Positions 12,303 to 26,387 are shown, counted from the first letter of the stretch. The stretch is DNA of 64,000 nucleotides from Trichoplax adhaerens (GCF_000150275.1 NW_002060946.1:7484829-7548828), one strand, 5' to 3'. Translations and numbers: made by a program. Notes: generated by a model not told the origin, from the letters alone.

Positions 12303-12915
12303 CAGATGAATTCGGCGCCTTTTCCTTGGTTATTTACAATTATATTATATTCCGCTTCAGCGTATTACATAAGCGATTTGTTGCAATCGTCTCTTTCTTT
12401 AGTTAATTCTGTTAGGTATGTGGAAGGCTTATATCTATATCGATTCCACAACACAGCAGCTATCCGGCAATATAATGTTGCTTTCACTCTATAACCGCGT
12501 GCAGCTTCTCTCTATTTACGGCTACGTAACAACGTTATATATTGTATTAGAGTAGAAATATCTATGTTAGGATAATTTTTTTGCCTATTCTTATTTAGTT
12601 AGCTTCTAATTTATAGTTCTAATCACTGTGATTGTAACTTACTGATAGTAGATTGTAAGTTATCGAGGAAATGTCCCGTAACTATGACTCATTAACTATT
12701 GAGGAAGAGTATATAAATGCGGTATATCTTATAATAACGATAATTCTTAAACTGAGTGTTCAACGTAAAATACGAGGTGTCTAAGTCTTTCAGTAGTCTG
12801 TATGTAGAGCAGAAGTGTTCCTGATAGGATAGAAATCGTTCCTTGATACATGGTTCAAGGAATTGACTTATTGATCGTACATTACGTTATCTTGCTGCAA
12901 AGCTGTTTTGTGACA
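12303..12915 (+). mobile_element. Degenerate composite of solo-LTR-like elements (family A copy at about 12532-12915, plus an upstream GTAACA-ending fragment)
   Basis: Shares TATGTTAGGATAATT, TATATAAAT, AACGTAAAATACGAGGTGTCTAAGTC and the terminal GCTGTTTTGTGACA with family A/B. It truncates the GPCR pseudogene. Confidence 0.65.
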
Positions 12916-12919
12916 GACT

Positions 12920-14700
12920 GCAATGAAGCTCGTTATTACCGCTGCATTATGCTGCTTATTTCTTAGCAAATAATGTGAGAATACTGTAATGATGGTTAAT
13001 TTTCAGAATTCTTCTTTAATTTGGTTTGATTACAATAGATTTTACTTAGTATCTTGATATGGTATGAACTTGAATACTTTGACTAGAACTTAATAATATG
13101 CGGTAGTATAATTTTTTAAGAGATATACAAATGAACATAGTAATTTAAGCATTAATTTAGTTAGAACATTTAGGCTTCAACATAATAAAACTGACAGCTA
13201 ATTTTGATCATAAAATAAAGTAAAAGTTATATTTCTTTGCTATAGAATACGACGAAAAAAGGAAGGTTTGATCTGGGCTCTAATTAAAGAATATTGGTTT
13301 GTCTTACTGCATTTATTTCATTTACATGCTGCCTGCCGAAGAAAGATACAATTTATGATTGAATTTTGGCAGTACCAAATATTTTAAGTGGTTTTTGTAA
13401 GAATGTTATTAAAATTTTAGTAAACCTGTATTTTATCCTAAAGTTAACTTGAATTGAAATTCGAAGATGTTAGCTTTAAAATTTTACGTCCATTATTACT
13501 ACTTAATCTTATTACCATAATATTTTCGGTATAAACGATAACTTTAAAATTAAAAATTGCACTAATGATTGTTAAATAAATCTTTCGGTGCTGACTTATA
13601 TAAGTAAGGTGTGATGAGTACAGTACATACTGTACCTGAATATCAGGCTATACTTCTTATTAAATTTTGTCAACAAAGTCTAATTTTAAGCTTTCACTTT
13701 ATTGAAATTGATTTAAAATGCATCAGCAGTCGCTAGAACAAGTCTTTGTCTTCTGTATACATTACTAATTTATTGTCTGATTTCATCTAAATGATAAATG
13801 CCTATTAGTATTTACAGTAGGGAATTATGAGTGCTTGATTAATTTTTAACAGTAACGGCATTAGAATAGGTAATAAAATTTTGGTAACATGAATAAGCTA
13901 CAGTGAACTTCCGATAATTTATTACTGCAAGAAAGTCAAGATTTTTTTACCTTTAGCTATGCAACGGTGATATGGTCTGGTATTAAGACATTGCTAATAA
14001 CAAATTATTTAGAATCTTATAAGGTATCCAACTTCAATGTTCGTAAACTAATGCTGTTGTAGTGATGCACCTCATATTAGATTACAAGGATAGATATACT
14101 TGATTGTATCAATAGCGATATTTGATATAGTTCGGTTACTAAGAATTATCGAGAAGCTAATATTAGATGATTGATAACTGCAATATTAGAAATTGTTGTT
14201 GAATATTAGCCAGTTAATTAATTATTGTATAAGATTTATATGACTGGAAACATCGTATTTGTGAAGATGCTCAACACCGAAAGGTGCTGCACACTAATAG
14301 AAGAGTAGCGATATCTTAAGTAGAATGATTGGGATTGTAGAAGATAATGATGTTCTATTTAAGGAAAAGTATTCTGTTTGATGAATCAAGTCTGATTGTT
14401 GTTAATTATATTGTCATAAATAGATTTAGCGAAATGTATATAGCAACTGCGAAGATGAGCTCACATTAGAGACTTCACTTTACTTTGAGTTCGGAATACT
14501 TTTGATTTTAGACTAGATTCTTGTTGTAATTAGCTATTGCTCTGCTATTCCTAAAATCTTATAATAAAAGCTTTTTAGTAAATACCATTTGACTAAGGTA
14601 ATTAATTGTGAGATACTCTAATCGCAAATTTACTGTTGTTGATACTGTATATTGCTACTAATATTTAGTAAACAGTGATGCTGCAATACTTCATGCTAAT
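12920..14700 (-). pseudogene. Putative decayed LRR-protein coding sequence (dispersed copies at about 54560-54900, 60410-60870 and, on the + strand, about 25050-25200)
   Basis: Stop-interrupted LRR-like peptides (NNNQT*FIKQNTFP, ILYNN*LT). DNA similarity between the copies is clear. Confidence 0.45.
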
Positions 14701-15377
14701 TATTTCTAACGTTTCCAATCGTTTAGCTTAAGCAAAGATCACCCTCAGATGTGCTCTGATAGCAAATTAGATTATTAATTTTCAAATTTTGAAATTTAAA
14801 AGAAGCTTTAAATATAATATCAGTTTCAAAAATTTACTATCGGGAATGTATTAACGTCATCTCTCGTTTAGACTTGGCAAAGTTCTATGCATTCCTCTTT
14901 AACTTACAATAAATCTAATTTTATCTGTCACAAAGGCTGTCATTAGTAAATCATTTTAATTTCTAGTAATTAATTTATGAATTAATCATTCCTCATAATT
15001 ACATTGAACCAATGGTTATGGAGTATAAAATTTTAGATAGTCTAAATGATACGTATTTTAATTTCTTAGCAGCAAATACCTCAAGGAACAGAAATAAATT
15101 ATATAAATAATACAAATTTTGCTTTTACGAAAGATATCACATTGAAATTTTACCCTAAAATTCTACCACATATCTCTGAATTGCCCAATACACTTCATTA
15201 TGCTTTCTCTGCAGTCAATATTTACGGTATGATCTGAATAACTTGAGTTAGCCCTTAATTATATAAATAGCAAATGTATTCTGCAACAATGGAAATAATG
15301 CTATGTATTCTCTTAAGTGCAGCTTTTTAAGCAAATCAAATTTCATGCAAGAAATACATTTAGTCCATCTTAGAAAA

Positions 15378-15850
15378 TGTCAAGACTCAGCTTACAAGAC
15401 AAGAGAACGTAAAGTAAAAGCTTATAAGTCACCACTGACTTAAACTCTCTTTTACTAAAGAATAAACATACACACAGAAAAGTACCATAAAGGCAAAATA
15501 TTTATTAGCATAGACACATTCACAACTCCTCGCCACTCACTTCTTTCTCGAAACATTCCCGTTTATATGTAGCTTTTTACTATCAGTAAATATTCTTAAC
15601 CTTTTACTCTTAGTTAATCTGCATCGAAGCATGATTACCATTTAGTGTAACTACTATAAGCTATAACTTAAATCATCTTACTACTATTTACTCATGTTAA
15701 CAACCCATGTCAAATAAATAATAAACTATCATAAATAATATCCGCATTGACGTATTACTTATCTTGCCTAACATTACAATTATGGATATCTCCTTTATTA
15801 GCTACTACTTTACTATTAAGCTATCTTAAGGATAACGTAACTTCGTAACA
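15378..15850 (-). mobile_element. Solo-LTR-like element, relative of 42419-42970
   Basis: TGTCAAG...CGTAACA; TSD GAAAA/GAAAG; shares internal blocks such as TTCCCGTTTATAT and AGCTTTT..TATCAGTAAA with the reverse complement of the 42419 element. Confidence 0.7.
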
Positions 15851-16249
15851 GAAAGTACGAGTATTAGCAACTTTGCTTTTGAAGTAATTGCGTCATAAAG
15901 TTCTTTTGTTATAAGAGAATTGTTAGTTAATTGGTAACTGTGGGATTAAAGATAGCACGCTGATACACAAATATCTTTTACAGATGCTACATCTGTAATA
16001 TTCTGCTCATTGCATCAATTCAGTTAGAATTATTACCAAGGAATAAAACTTTATCATATCAATGCATTGCTGTACTGGTATATGCAACTTGATTGTATTG
16101 CACTGCAGTATTCAAAGTATTTCGGAACTTGATGTAATTGTTAGTGCTCATTCGGTATAACAGAACCTGTCGATGTTGACGAAGTCATCAATTTTACATT
16201 ATATCGAATAGTTGTGACTACTTTAAAGATTGCCACAGCAGAATTGAAC

Positions 16250-17400
16250 GATATATAGTATAATATTACCGGTTTAAGTATAAATCAATACTCCATTTTT
16301 CGATTATACAATTTTGTACCTGTTCGATAATTTTGATTAGCAGCATAGTTCTGATGGCCATCATTGCATCCTCTAAAAATCTACAAGAAAGATCTATGCT
16401 TTATCACTTATATAGCGGTATCCGATATTGTTTCATTTGTTCAGTACTATTGTCACAAATTTCTTTTTTGTGAACGGTTAACTCCTCTAGTAACTAATAT
16501 TCTAATGCACTCGGGGTACGAATAGGTAATTAATCACTCGAAAGTATTCAGTTAAAAAGTTTGACGAGCCTTTATGACTACTGAATTTCGGAGTAACTAG
16601 TTATTGTGAGCTTACTCCTTTTATACTCTCTGGGAGCGGCCGTTGGCGCATTCTAACAAACTGAGCTCTAATCATTTTCTACATATCTCGTCTCAAAGGT
16701 AATATAATTTATAAATTAATCTATGGAATTTCCGTCATATTAATTAATACATCAGTTACAAGTCTAGCAATGATAAGTATATATCAATTAAAATTGGTCA
16801 CTTGCCCGTTAAAGTAGCGGTCAACAATGGTTTCAAAACATACGAAAAGATTTAGGTTACTATCTTAGCTCATCAGTATAGTATTGGCTAGCCTAGCATT
16901 ACTTTTAGTGGCTTTTAATGACGCTCATGAAACGAAGAACTGTGACGCTAGTTACCCTTTTGGCAATATCTTTAACCTCGTTTACTTTCCTATACCCTTT
17001 TGCTGTAATACTTGATTCCTGGATCAATTATGCTAAGAAATTACATACTTATCATAAACAGTTTATCCTCTCGAATATCTGATAATATTTTGCCTCACCG
17101 TGACATTCAATCATCAATCAATGATACAAGGGATATTATTCGACTATTTGCTATAACAATAGTAGTACAGATGCTATCAACTTTGCCCTATGTTATGTTC
17201 ATGTTTTTATGTCTACGTTCAGTCACAATCACGTTGATCTTTTTATTGATAATAAAAATTCTCTAATAATGGTTTGGTTCATGTTTGCATTAAGCGTCTC
17301 AGCTCTGTTAGTTAATCCAGTCGCGTTCTGAATATTTGATAAAAATATTAAAACTGCTGGAATAGATTTATATCATCGAATTAAAGGCAGTGTTATGGCT
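16250..17400 (+). pseudogene. GPCR pseudogene (9529 family), interrupted by a TGTCAC-starting insertion at 16451 to about 16660
   Basis: Frameshifted and stop-containing homology from TM1 (IIASSKNLQER) to TM7 (VNPVAFLIFDKNIK). Confidence 0.85.
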
Positions 17401-19759
17401 CGGTTTTGAAAAGCTAGCATCATTGATTTAAATATTCGTACATAATATGTTATGCCTTGTTAAACAGCTCATGCTTTCGCTAGAACGCAAGATTATAAAG
17501 CATCATCATGAAAAATATATACAGAATATACTTTACAGTATTTCTGGCTCTGATGCTTCGTTAAGAATATGCACTATTACTGATATGTCAGAGGTAGATG
17601 CAGATAGATTTTGGTAGAAGGACCGCTATGAGTAATAAAGTGAAGCTTAACGAGAAATTGCAGCGTTACAGTGTTACTTTAGGACTCTCTATCATAGCAG
17701 TATGTCGACGACTGCCTATTACACTGGATACGTTAAAAGCTATGTATCTGAAATTTATAAGACACCTCTGTGCAGAATATCAAATATCTAAATATTGAAG
17801 AGTTGTCGTAACTTTATGAAACAATTCCATGGATGTTACGCTTATCAACTTTCATCGAGTGCGATAAAATGCTTATTATCGAACCTTTAAATAAGATATT
17901 AAACTTACTTTAATGATAAATGAGAACATTTTAAGGTAGCTATTTATTGTGAGAAAGTTCTAAATATACATATATTACTGTAAGTGTAGACATCGATAGC
18001 TAAATATGCAGCGTGGCCAATATATCAGTCAGTATATAAGCGAATTACTGTTCATAGCTATATATACTGCACTATATATTCAATCGATACAGACCGCCAA
18101 TATTCTCACTTATTGCGAACCGATATCGACAGTCATATATAACAATAGCAATATAGCACTAACAGTTGTTCAGGAGCTTTAGATATAGTTATAGATCTAT
18201 ACCTTAATAGCATACTTTAATAACAGCTGTTTGTGACTTTTTCCGTCCATTGTGAACAGAGGCGGACTGCTAGTTTGATGCAAAATCGTAGTTAGACTGA
18301 AGTAAGATTGTAGTATTTTCTATAGATCACGTAATTTACTAGCAGGAAACCATAACTCTAGACCTTATCCAAGTTCTTGATGTTCGTTTATTAATTGTGT
18401 CAGTAAAATCTGGTTATAAAGTTGCGTGTATGATATATGCTGGTATAGTCTTTGTTTTAATGCAAACCATAATGCAGCCTATAGCTCTATTTTTACCAAT
18501 AGCTCAGAATCAAAAGATTACTTGCATTAAAACTTTACCGGCATATCTGCGGATAAATTTATAACAACAACACTTACATACGTAAATTACTTCAACCTAC
18601 AGTCATATTTATTAGTGGCTTTTGGTTTGTACTATTAATATTATTGTCATCATAGTTTAGGGAAATATTGATTCGGAATACCTTGTTTGCTAACAGTCAT
18701 ACCGAGTCAAAATTTCTCAACATATTAGAGCTATTAATGCAATTTACGATTAATTCCGTATTCAGTTTAAAATTTTAAGATTGTTAGATTAATCTGAATT
18801 CTTGAAGTTCTTCAATTACGAAGAGATCTATAACTGTACTTATTCAAAATCAAATTAGTTATTGAAAAAATTCTTTCCATATCGCGGACAAGGCAGAAGT
18901 GTGAATTAATGAAAGTATCATGAATGCCATTAAATCCTGTGTTACGGCTGGTGTTTTGCCGTAGATGATATTTTGTGATATTATGTTGCTAGAAAACTTC
19001 TTGATGGTAGAATTAATCATATTTATCATTGCCATAAGTATTAATAATTTTAATAATCTCAGTATAGTTTAATTTTAAGACATTTACTTAGCTTAGATCT
19101 TAAAGCTTCTATATTTTACCAATAAGTGACTGTAAAAGCCTAGCTTGGATAAGAAGTGAGTACTAACCTAACAATCTCTTTCCAGATACGGAGAAAAAAT
19201 CAAATGCATATCGAGTTGTGATAGTAAGGTAATGAACTTGATTCATCTTTCAAGATTGAAATATTAGCTATTGTGTCTACATTATTTCATGAAACATTAC
19301 CTAGAGTATCTGTCCTAAAGTAAATATTCCATTTTGATACATATTATCGAAATATCATAACAGACAAGTTGTTGGTCCATCAGTTATTTTACAGCAGCAA
19401 TCTCTCAGCTTCAGCTTGATGCCGCTTAAATTTTAAATATCAGTTTTAATAAGAATAAAAATTCTACATTTCAATCGATTGTCAAACATTTTTCATTCAT
19501 ATTAACAGAAACATTACAGAGTTATTAAATTGCTTTTTCAATTTAAGAGGCAAAGTATATATTTAATTAATTACTAAAAATAGTTTTAGTGAACCTTATT
19601 AATATTTAATTTGTAGGGTTCGATTACAGTTAATTTTTGATCTTTTTATTAAACATAGCGAGTCATACGTGCTCGACGAAAGTCATTTCAATTATTTAAA
19701 TTTTTTACTGGTCAAACCAGAGTGTAACATTCTGGTATTAGCTACTTTTCTAATACGTT

Positions 19760-20713
19760 ATGGCTCCAAATATCACAAATACTTCTTCAGGCCAACGAAT
19801 TGCCTACTTAACTTTGACCTCTATTTCACTTCTTGGTATATTTTGTAATGGTATGTTATTAACCCTTATTCTTAAGTTAAAGAAATTAAAAGATCCATCA
19901 TATGGATTCATCAGCAACTTAGTCGTATCAGATCTTATAACTTCAATACAAATATTTATTCTCTTCTTCGTTTCCGCTATTAGCCCTGAGATTTTTTACC
20001 TTTACGGCACTACGTTATGTAAAATTTTATATTTTATATATTACGTTTCTTATACTGTATCAGCCTTCAGCCTAGCCTTACTTAGTATTATTCGATATCA
20101 AATGGTATGCAATCCTGTTAGCTTTAAACAAAATTCACCCATTTGCAAGTACTTACTTTCAACTATTCTCTCCGTTTGGCTGATTAGCGTTCTATTCGCA
20201 GTTCCGACCTATCTTATAACGGATTACACGAGATTTGCAGATACTTGTGAACCATCTTATCGATATGGACATATCTTCAATATCGTTTATTTTATTATTT
20301 CAATAGCTTTGTGTTATATTGTTCCTTTAGTAATTATGATTGCATGCTACTTTATAGTCGCTATGAAGCTATGTTCTCAAGTTACTGCCAACTCTCATAG
20401 CCAAAATAGTTCAACACTAAGGCGGCGATCTAGAAGTATTATTAAGTTGCTTGTTTTAGCAACATCTTTGTATATGCTAGCATCGTGGCCAACATTAGCA
20501 AGTGTTACCGCTTTAGCTATATCTCACCAAAACCTAACTGATATTTATAAATATAACAAAAATTTGTTGTACATGTTTCAATACTCATTTATAATTAGCT
20601 ATTTAACCTGCCTAATTAACCCATTAATTTTTCTGGTTCTTGATAAAAGCATTCAATCCAATATACGCGTATGCTTCAGCCGCAAATTTTGTTGCTTATT
20701 AAGGAATAATTGA
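19760..20713 (+). CDS. Intronless class A orphan GPCR, 317 aa (closest to the 6685 gene)
   Basis: 7TM; VSD, LC, SIIRY, SWP, NPLIF motifs; C-terminal Cys pair. Confidence 0.93.
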   Translation: MAPNITNTSSGQRIAYLTLTSISLLGIFCNGMLLTLILKLKKLKDPSYGFISNLVVSDLITSIQIFILFFVSAISPEIFYLYGTTLCKILYFIYYVSYTVSAFSLALLSIIRYQMVCNPVSFKQNSPICKYLLSTILSVWLISVLFAVPTYLITDYTRFADTCEPSYRYGHIFNIVYFIISIALCYIVPLVIMIACYFIVAMKLCSQVTANSHSQNSSTLRRRSRSIIKLLVLATSLYMLASWPTLASVTALAISHQNLTDIYKYNKNLLYMFQYSFIISYLTCLINPLIFLVLDKSIQSNIRVCFSRKFCCLLRNN

Positions 20714-23700
20714 ATATTACTTATTGGGGTACACCGCAGGGTCAGTGGTACTTATGGCAATCAAATGGCTGACGAAAATGCGCCATTTAAGTTAAAGTAT
20801 CATGTAGCACAGTATAACATTCTGTTTTGTCTTGTTAGTAATTTTTAAGTTATAAAATTTAATGGCCAGCGCTTCAACTATTTGGATAATAGATCAGGAT
20901 TCGCTTTAAATTACAATAAAATATGAAGCAAAAAAATTTTAGGCGCTACGGATGATATATTTCATGACCGCGTCCGAAAATCTATTTGCACTATTATATA
21001 GGTGGAGATTACTAACTCTTTTACGTTTACTACTATAGATCTCACGACATAAAATTATATAAGTTGAACAGTACTGATTCTTATATCATTTGGGTGTGAG
21101 AATGCAACCATTATTATTGCGTTTCAATTTAATCACTAATTGCAATAGCTTATAATTTTTGTTGATCACAACATAGGAGTTAATAAATAGTCCTACGGTC
21201 CAGACATCAATTCTGCTAGTGAAAGTATTTGCATTAACGTGGCTGTATACTAAAATATTTCTTTAAGAAAAATGCACCGGAGAGTGTCTTCAATCGAAAC
21301 TTATTCGTTGGTACCTATTAGCGGATAGAGTTGGCGGTAGATTTCTACGAACATCTTTATTAAAATTAGACTGTTTAATTAAGTTCTGATAACAAATGTC
21401 TTGCTTGCTTCTAGTAATAGGTACTTACAATATAATTTTAATTTATATCATGGCTTGTTTATGGTATAACACATCAGGCAAGAAATTAATTCTGACAATT
21501 TTTTTTAATCATAATGTCGGCCAATAAATGAATGAATAGTCTACCGAAGTTTCTCATGGCAGGCATATCCATAAATTAAGTCATTGCATATTGCTTTTGT
21601 AATAATTCTTTGGCAAAATTATTAATAATACCTGTATTATTATTATTGTTTTCACTTTATTACTAATTCCAACTAGAAAAATTTCTTTCTAGTATTCCTT
21701 GTAGAACACTGTAGAAGGATAGATCATTCTTTTTAATAGGAACTCATACAGAATACCGGAGGTAAATTTACGATTGCAATCCTCTTTTCATTTACTGCTA
21801 AGTTCCTAACGTATAACCTGAAATTCAGCGAATTTAAGCATGATTCCGAGCTTGCAGTAGTTTTTTTCTCATATCGTTTACTGGAATGCTTTTCAGAGTG
21901 ACTTTGTGACATTTTTCAATCTTAATTATTGTAACATGACACTTTGAGTTATTACAACCTCTCTGTTTCAAGGATTATGTTGTTATGGTCCTAACATTGT
22001 AGTAATTAATATTGAACGTTATAGATGATTATTGTTAATTAAACTATAATACAGCATGATTGTAATTAATTATGTAATTATTTAATAAGTATCATGGTGA
22101 ATATTACCTTGGTTGCCGGCCGGTACAGCACGTGCATTAGATTAATGATTTAAAGATACATAGTATCAATTCTGTTAAAACTGTTTTCTATTTTATAAGT
22201 CCAACTTCATCAGCATAATACGAATACGATATTTTGCATTTGATATTTACCACTTTCATTAATTTAATGAAGGAGCATGCTTAATACCCAATAAATGCTG
22301 TCAGGATAAGAATTATATATTATGAATTAAATAAAAAATTAATAGAGTTTAAACGAAGATCAAACTATGGCAATGCGATTGTTTTACACCGTACTGTGCA
22401 CCAACACATTGACAAAAGTCATTTTTTAATTATTTGAAAATATGCTTTTCAATTTTGGCCTGATAACTTTCACTGTAAGATGACACCGAACATACATAGT
22501 TTAGCAACATTAACCATTTAGGATACGGCTACATTCTAATATCTGGTTTGATACAAACATATTTCAGAATCAAAAAGTGTCTATTACGTGCCTTTCACGC
22601 CATAAAACTCCTCTAATTAGTTCATTCTTTAGGAACGTAAGTAAATGAGTTAGAAAATTGCAATTGAAAATATGAGACAAAGATCATGGCAATTACTTTT
22701 ACGTTTCTTTCCATTGGTTGTAGTAACATTGGAAGTAACCGTGAAGTTATTTATGAACGGTAACAACCTTTAATTATAGTTATCTGCTGTTGATTTCATT
22801 CTAGTAATTGTGCAGCTATCGATTTTTATTTCTGAAATGCACTCCGGTGATAAAGAGTTTTAAATTTAAATAGACTGACCTGTTTCGTAAAAATAATATT
22901 ATCGAGTGTATGAGGATCTATGCTGTCTCGTTAAATCTATCTTAGCGTAACCTGTCTGCATACTAATGAGTACTATATTTTCTTAAGATCACTTACATAA
23001 CAGCATCTCACAACTATTCTATCTAATCTAGTCTATTCCTTTATAAGATAATTATCTCAGACAGATAAAATTAAAAAAAGGATTTTATTACTATGTTACG
23101 AATAGTAGAGAAATAATTAACGAGAGAGAACATAATTTAAAGTATCCTGAGCTCAAAATGAGCGAGGTCTCGTGTAAGTTTATTGTTGCAGTTCTTAAAT
23201 ATATTGCGTTATATCCATTTACGGCAATAAACTTGCTTCCAAGCAGGCTTGAGTTATCAAGTATAAGAAGACTATTGCTGTAATATAGGATTAATCTGTT
23301 ATATATTACGAGTCAATCTGTTTAACCCTTAGGTTCGTAATCCACGAACTTAGAATAAATGTTATTAAAAGGACACTACTTCATCACTTCAGCCATCAAT
23401 CGATTACTTGAAATTAAGCGTAGCAAAGGCGTTTACACCATACTTGATAGAGCTTACGCTTCGTTGAAATTTAAAATATCGATACTGAGCATCCGAAAAT
23501 TGTGATTGAAGTGATACTAGCACCTTACAGTTTTGGATATTAATAGAAGAGCAATGATATTTGAAGAATTACCCTTTTCACTTTACGGCAGAGTACCGCA
23601 TGGAACCCACTCAAGATGACACCGCCTGTACTCAAATTAATTACTCTGCTTTACTGAGTACCATGATGGCGTTCATTACCGTACTACCTGGTACTACAGT

Positions 23701-24503
23701 ATAACTAGAAATTTTCTCTTATTTGAATTCCCTGATACATCCAAATGATCCAATAAATCCAGCAGATGAACAGATGATCGGGTCTACTTTCTATCGTGCC
23801 ATTCCACACTTAATACAATTTACAAAACTGACAACAGATTCTTCTTTGCCAATCATGGAAATTGATTCGATTCTCGGGTGTGTCCTGGATAAATTATAAT
23901 ATATGATGAATTAATTTCTCTATTATTGTTAGACAATCTTTTGTAACGGATTGAGGATGCATAAATTGGCCCATAAAAGATTAAAATAAACTGTCAACTA
24001 CGGGTAAGTTGCATGCACAATTAAAATAAATTGGAGATTTATCTATTTCAAAGAGAACAACGCTTACTTCGCCACTTGACTGCAGCGCTTGACTAAAGAG
24101 TTGATAGCATAGAAATTTCATTCCAACAAACTTTACGACACCATTAAAACTAGATTATTTAATAGCTTTAGTGGATTATACTACACTTCAATGAGAAGCA
24201 CAGTACTGCAGTGCTTTACCATATACTCACGAAGAAAATCTCAATACAGTATAAGGCAATTTATTGACGGTAGTTAATTGGATCAATAACATCAAGTTTA
24301 CCGATAATATTAACTCTAGCGAATCTCTGATGATGTCATTTATTCACACTAAGATACGGGGTGTAGATTGGATTGGGATAAAGATCTTCACTTGGGAATT
24401 TGCATCTGATCGACCACTTATTCTAAAAAATTAGATTTTTTTAGGATGATAGTGTAGGGCATACCTAGATAGTGGCACGTACGCCTATAATACTAAGGTA
24501 AAA

Positions 24504-24686
24504 ATGGCCAATAAACCACTTCCAAATGGAGCTCAACCCCCTAGCTACGCTCATACTGTAATAGATGAATAATCGATGAATGTACTTATGGCACAACCAC
24601 CTTTATCTGAAAAAGAGGTGCAGGAAGTTTCTCCAAGTACCTCTAGTACGGAAACAGTAAAGGAACAATTACCGCAGATGCTATAA
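24504..24686 (+). pseudogene. Truncated phospholipid scramblase exon-1 pseudogene
   Basis: MANKPLPNGAQPPSYAHTVIDE*SMNVLMAQPPLSEKEVQEVSP..., versus MANRPLPNDEDHPPSYVDTVKDDQSMVVPIAQPSSSEKEMQEVTP at 34012. Confidence 0.85.
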
Positions 24687-25445
24687 AATAATTGTTTTTG
24701 TCTATATAGAATTTATAAAAACGACTTTTATTACAAAGCTTAATGATAGTAGAGCAATAATTAATCAATTAGTGACATGAATCTAGACTATAGTATCTTG
24801 AGCTAAAAGAAGTAAAGTCTAGTGTACTCCAAGCTCATCCCTACACTTCTTAAATACATTTCATTTAACCTATTTACTCTACTGCCTACAGTCAGACTTG
24901 TATTATCAAACAGAGAACTGCTTAAAATATCATAACTCTCATGTTAATATCCAATACTGTATGGTGCTAGGCATATTCACGATTGCAGTACATCAAGTTG
25001 CATAGATTTATCTACCATATTTAGCAAGCTTGCTAATAGACATTAGTAATCAACAATTTCTAATATTGTAACTAACGATCATCTAATATTACATCATGAT
25101 AATATCTATTCTTAGAAGCCTCGCTAATCGTATATCATATGTATCTATTAATACAATCAAATACCGGGTGTATCCCTGCAATTGGCTTTTAATTAAACAA
25201 TAACTATAAGGAGGATATGTACTGAGTAATTTTGATAGCTACAGGGGTTAATAAAGGTCACTTAAATATCTTGGATATTACAGATGTTAAAGAAAAGCAA
25301 ATTGACGATTTAAAGACAATACTGAAAGGTAATTGTCATTACTAAAATAAAAATAGCTCTAATTAAACTGTTTTGATGTAATCAATCGCTATATAGTAGA
25401 ACTGCATCTTTTGCCAAGTCACTTCTACAACCTAGCAGCAAGGAC

Positions 25446-26387
25446 ATGAATAATGATACTGATATTATTGATATGAGTATCCCGATGCAGTCGATTTCGA
25501 TTTTGGGTATAGTTGGTAACTTGGCTCTACTAAGTATTATTATTTTCTCTAAAAGATTAAAAGATTCATCGTATATTTTTGTCCTTAATATTTCCGTCTC
25601 GGATCTTATCACCGCTATTCAAGTGTTCATAATATTCTCGTTTTCTAATAGGAAGTCGCCACAGCTCCTTAATACTAATAACATTATTTGTAAAGTATTT
25701 TACACTATTTTTGCTACTTCCTATTTTGCTTCAACATTAAGTTTAACGTTAATAAGCTTATATAGATTAAAAATTGTGAGTGATCCTCATCGATTCAAGC
25801 ATACGTCGACGATTTATAAGCATAGCGGTAAATTTGCTATAACAGTATGGATTGTGGGTTTATTACTTGTATTTCCCATTTCGTTTGTATTGCACTTCTC
25901 CCCAATTAATGACAACTGTGACACATATTATCCGTATGGAAATTTTTTCAATAGTGTTTTCTTCACAAGTATATTAGTAATTGGTACTATTATCCCTGGA
26001 ACAATTATGATTGTAAATTATACTCGAATAGCGTTTATGATAAGAGCCCGAACATTTCCACTAATAAATAATACCGAACTAAGTAAAGCATCATGGAAAC
26101 GTTCTAAAAGTATTTTTAAAGTTCTAGCTGCATCTACGGCTTTATATATGTTACTTTCATGGCCATTTTTTACATCTTTAATGATATTATCTTTCGCTAA
26201 CGAAACTCAAGCTAATCTAGTTGAACGTAATCCTGATTTAGCGTATGTTGTGACATCCACTTTCACAGCTTCGAACATAGTATATGTTGTTAATCCATTT
26301 CTGTTCTTGATATTTGATAGAAATGTAAGATCTAGTATTCACAAAGTCTGGGTGCAATGTCTGCGTAAATTTACAAATCATGGCTGA
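25446..26387 (+). CDS. Intronless class A orphan GPCR, 313 aa
   Basis: 7TM; GN, VSD, SLYRL, SWP, NPFLF-FDRNV motifs; close paralog of 39871. Confidence 0.93.
   Translation: MNNDTDIIDMSIPMQSISILGIVGNLALLSIIIFSKRLKDSSYIFVLNISVSDLITAIQVFIIFSFSNRKSPQLLNTNNIICKVFYTIFATSYFASTLSLTLISLYRLKIVSDPHRFKHTSTIYKHSGKFAITVWIVGLLLVFPISFVLHFSPINDNCDTYYPYGNFFNSVFFTSILVIGTIIPGTIMIVNYTRIAFMIRARTFPLINNTELSKASWKRSKSIFKVLAASTALYMLLSWPFFTSLMILSFANETQANLVERNPDLAYVVTSTFTASNIVYVVNPFLFLIFDRNVRSSIHKVWVQCLRKFTNHG

Noticed and set aside
17945-18240. Possible further LTR-like element ending GCTGTTTGTGAC
   Set aside because: The left boundary and TSD could not be identified.
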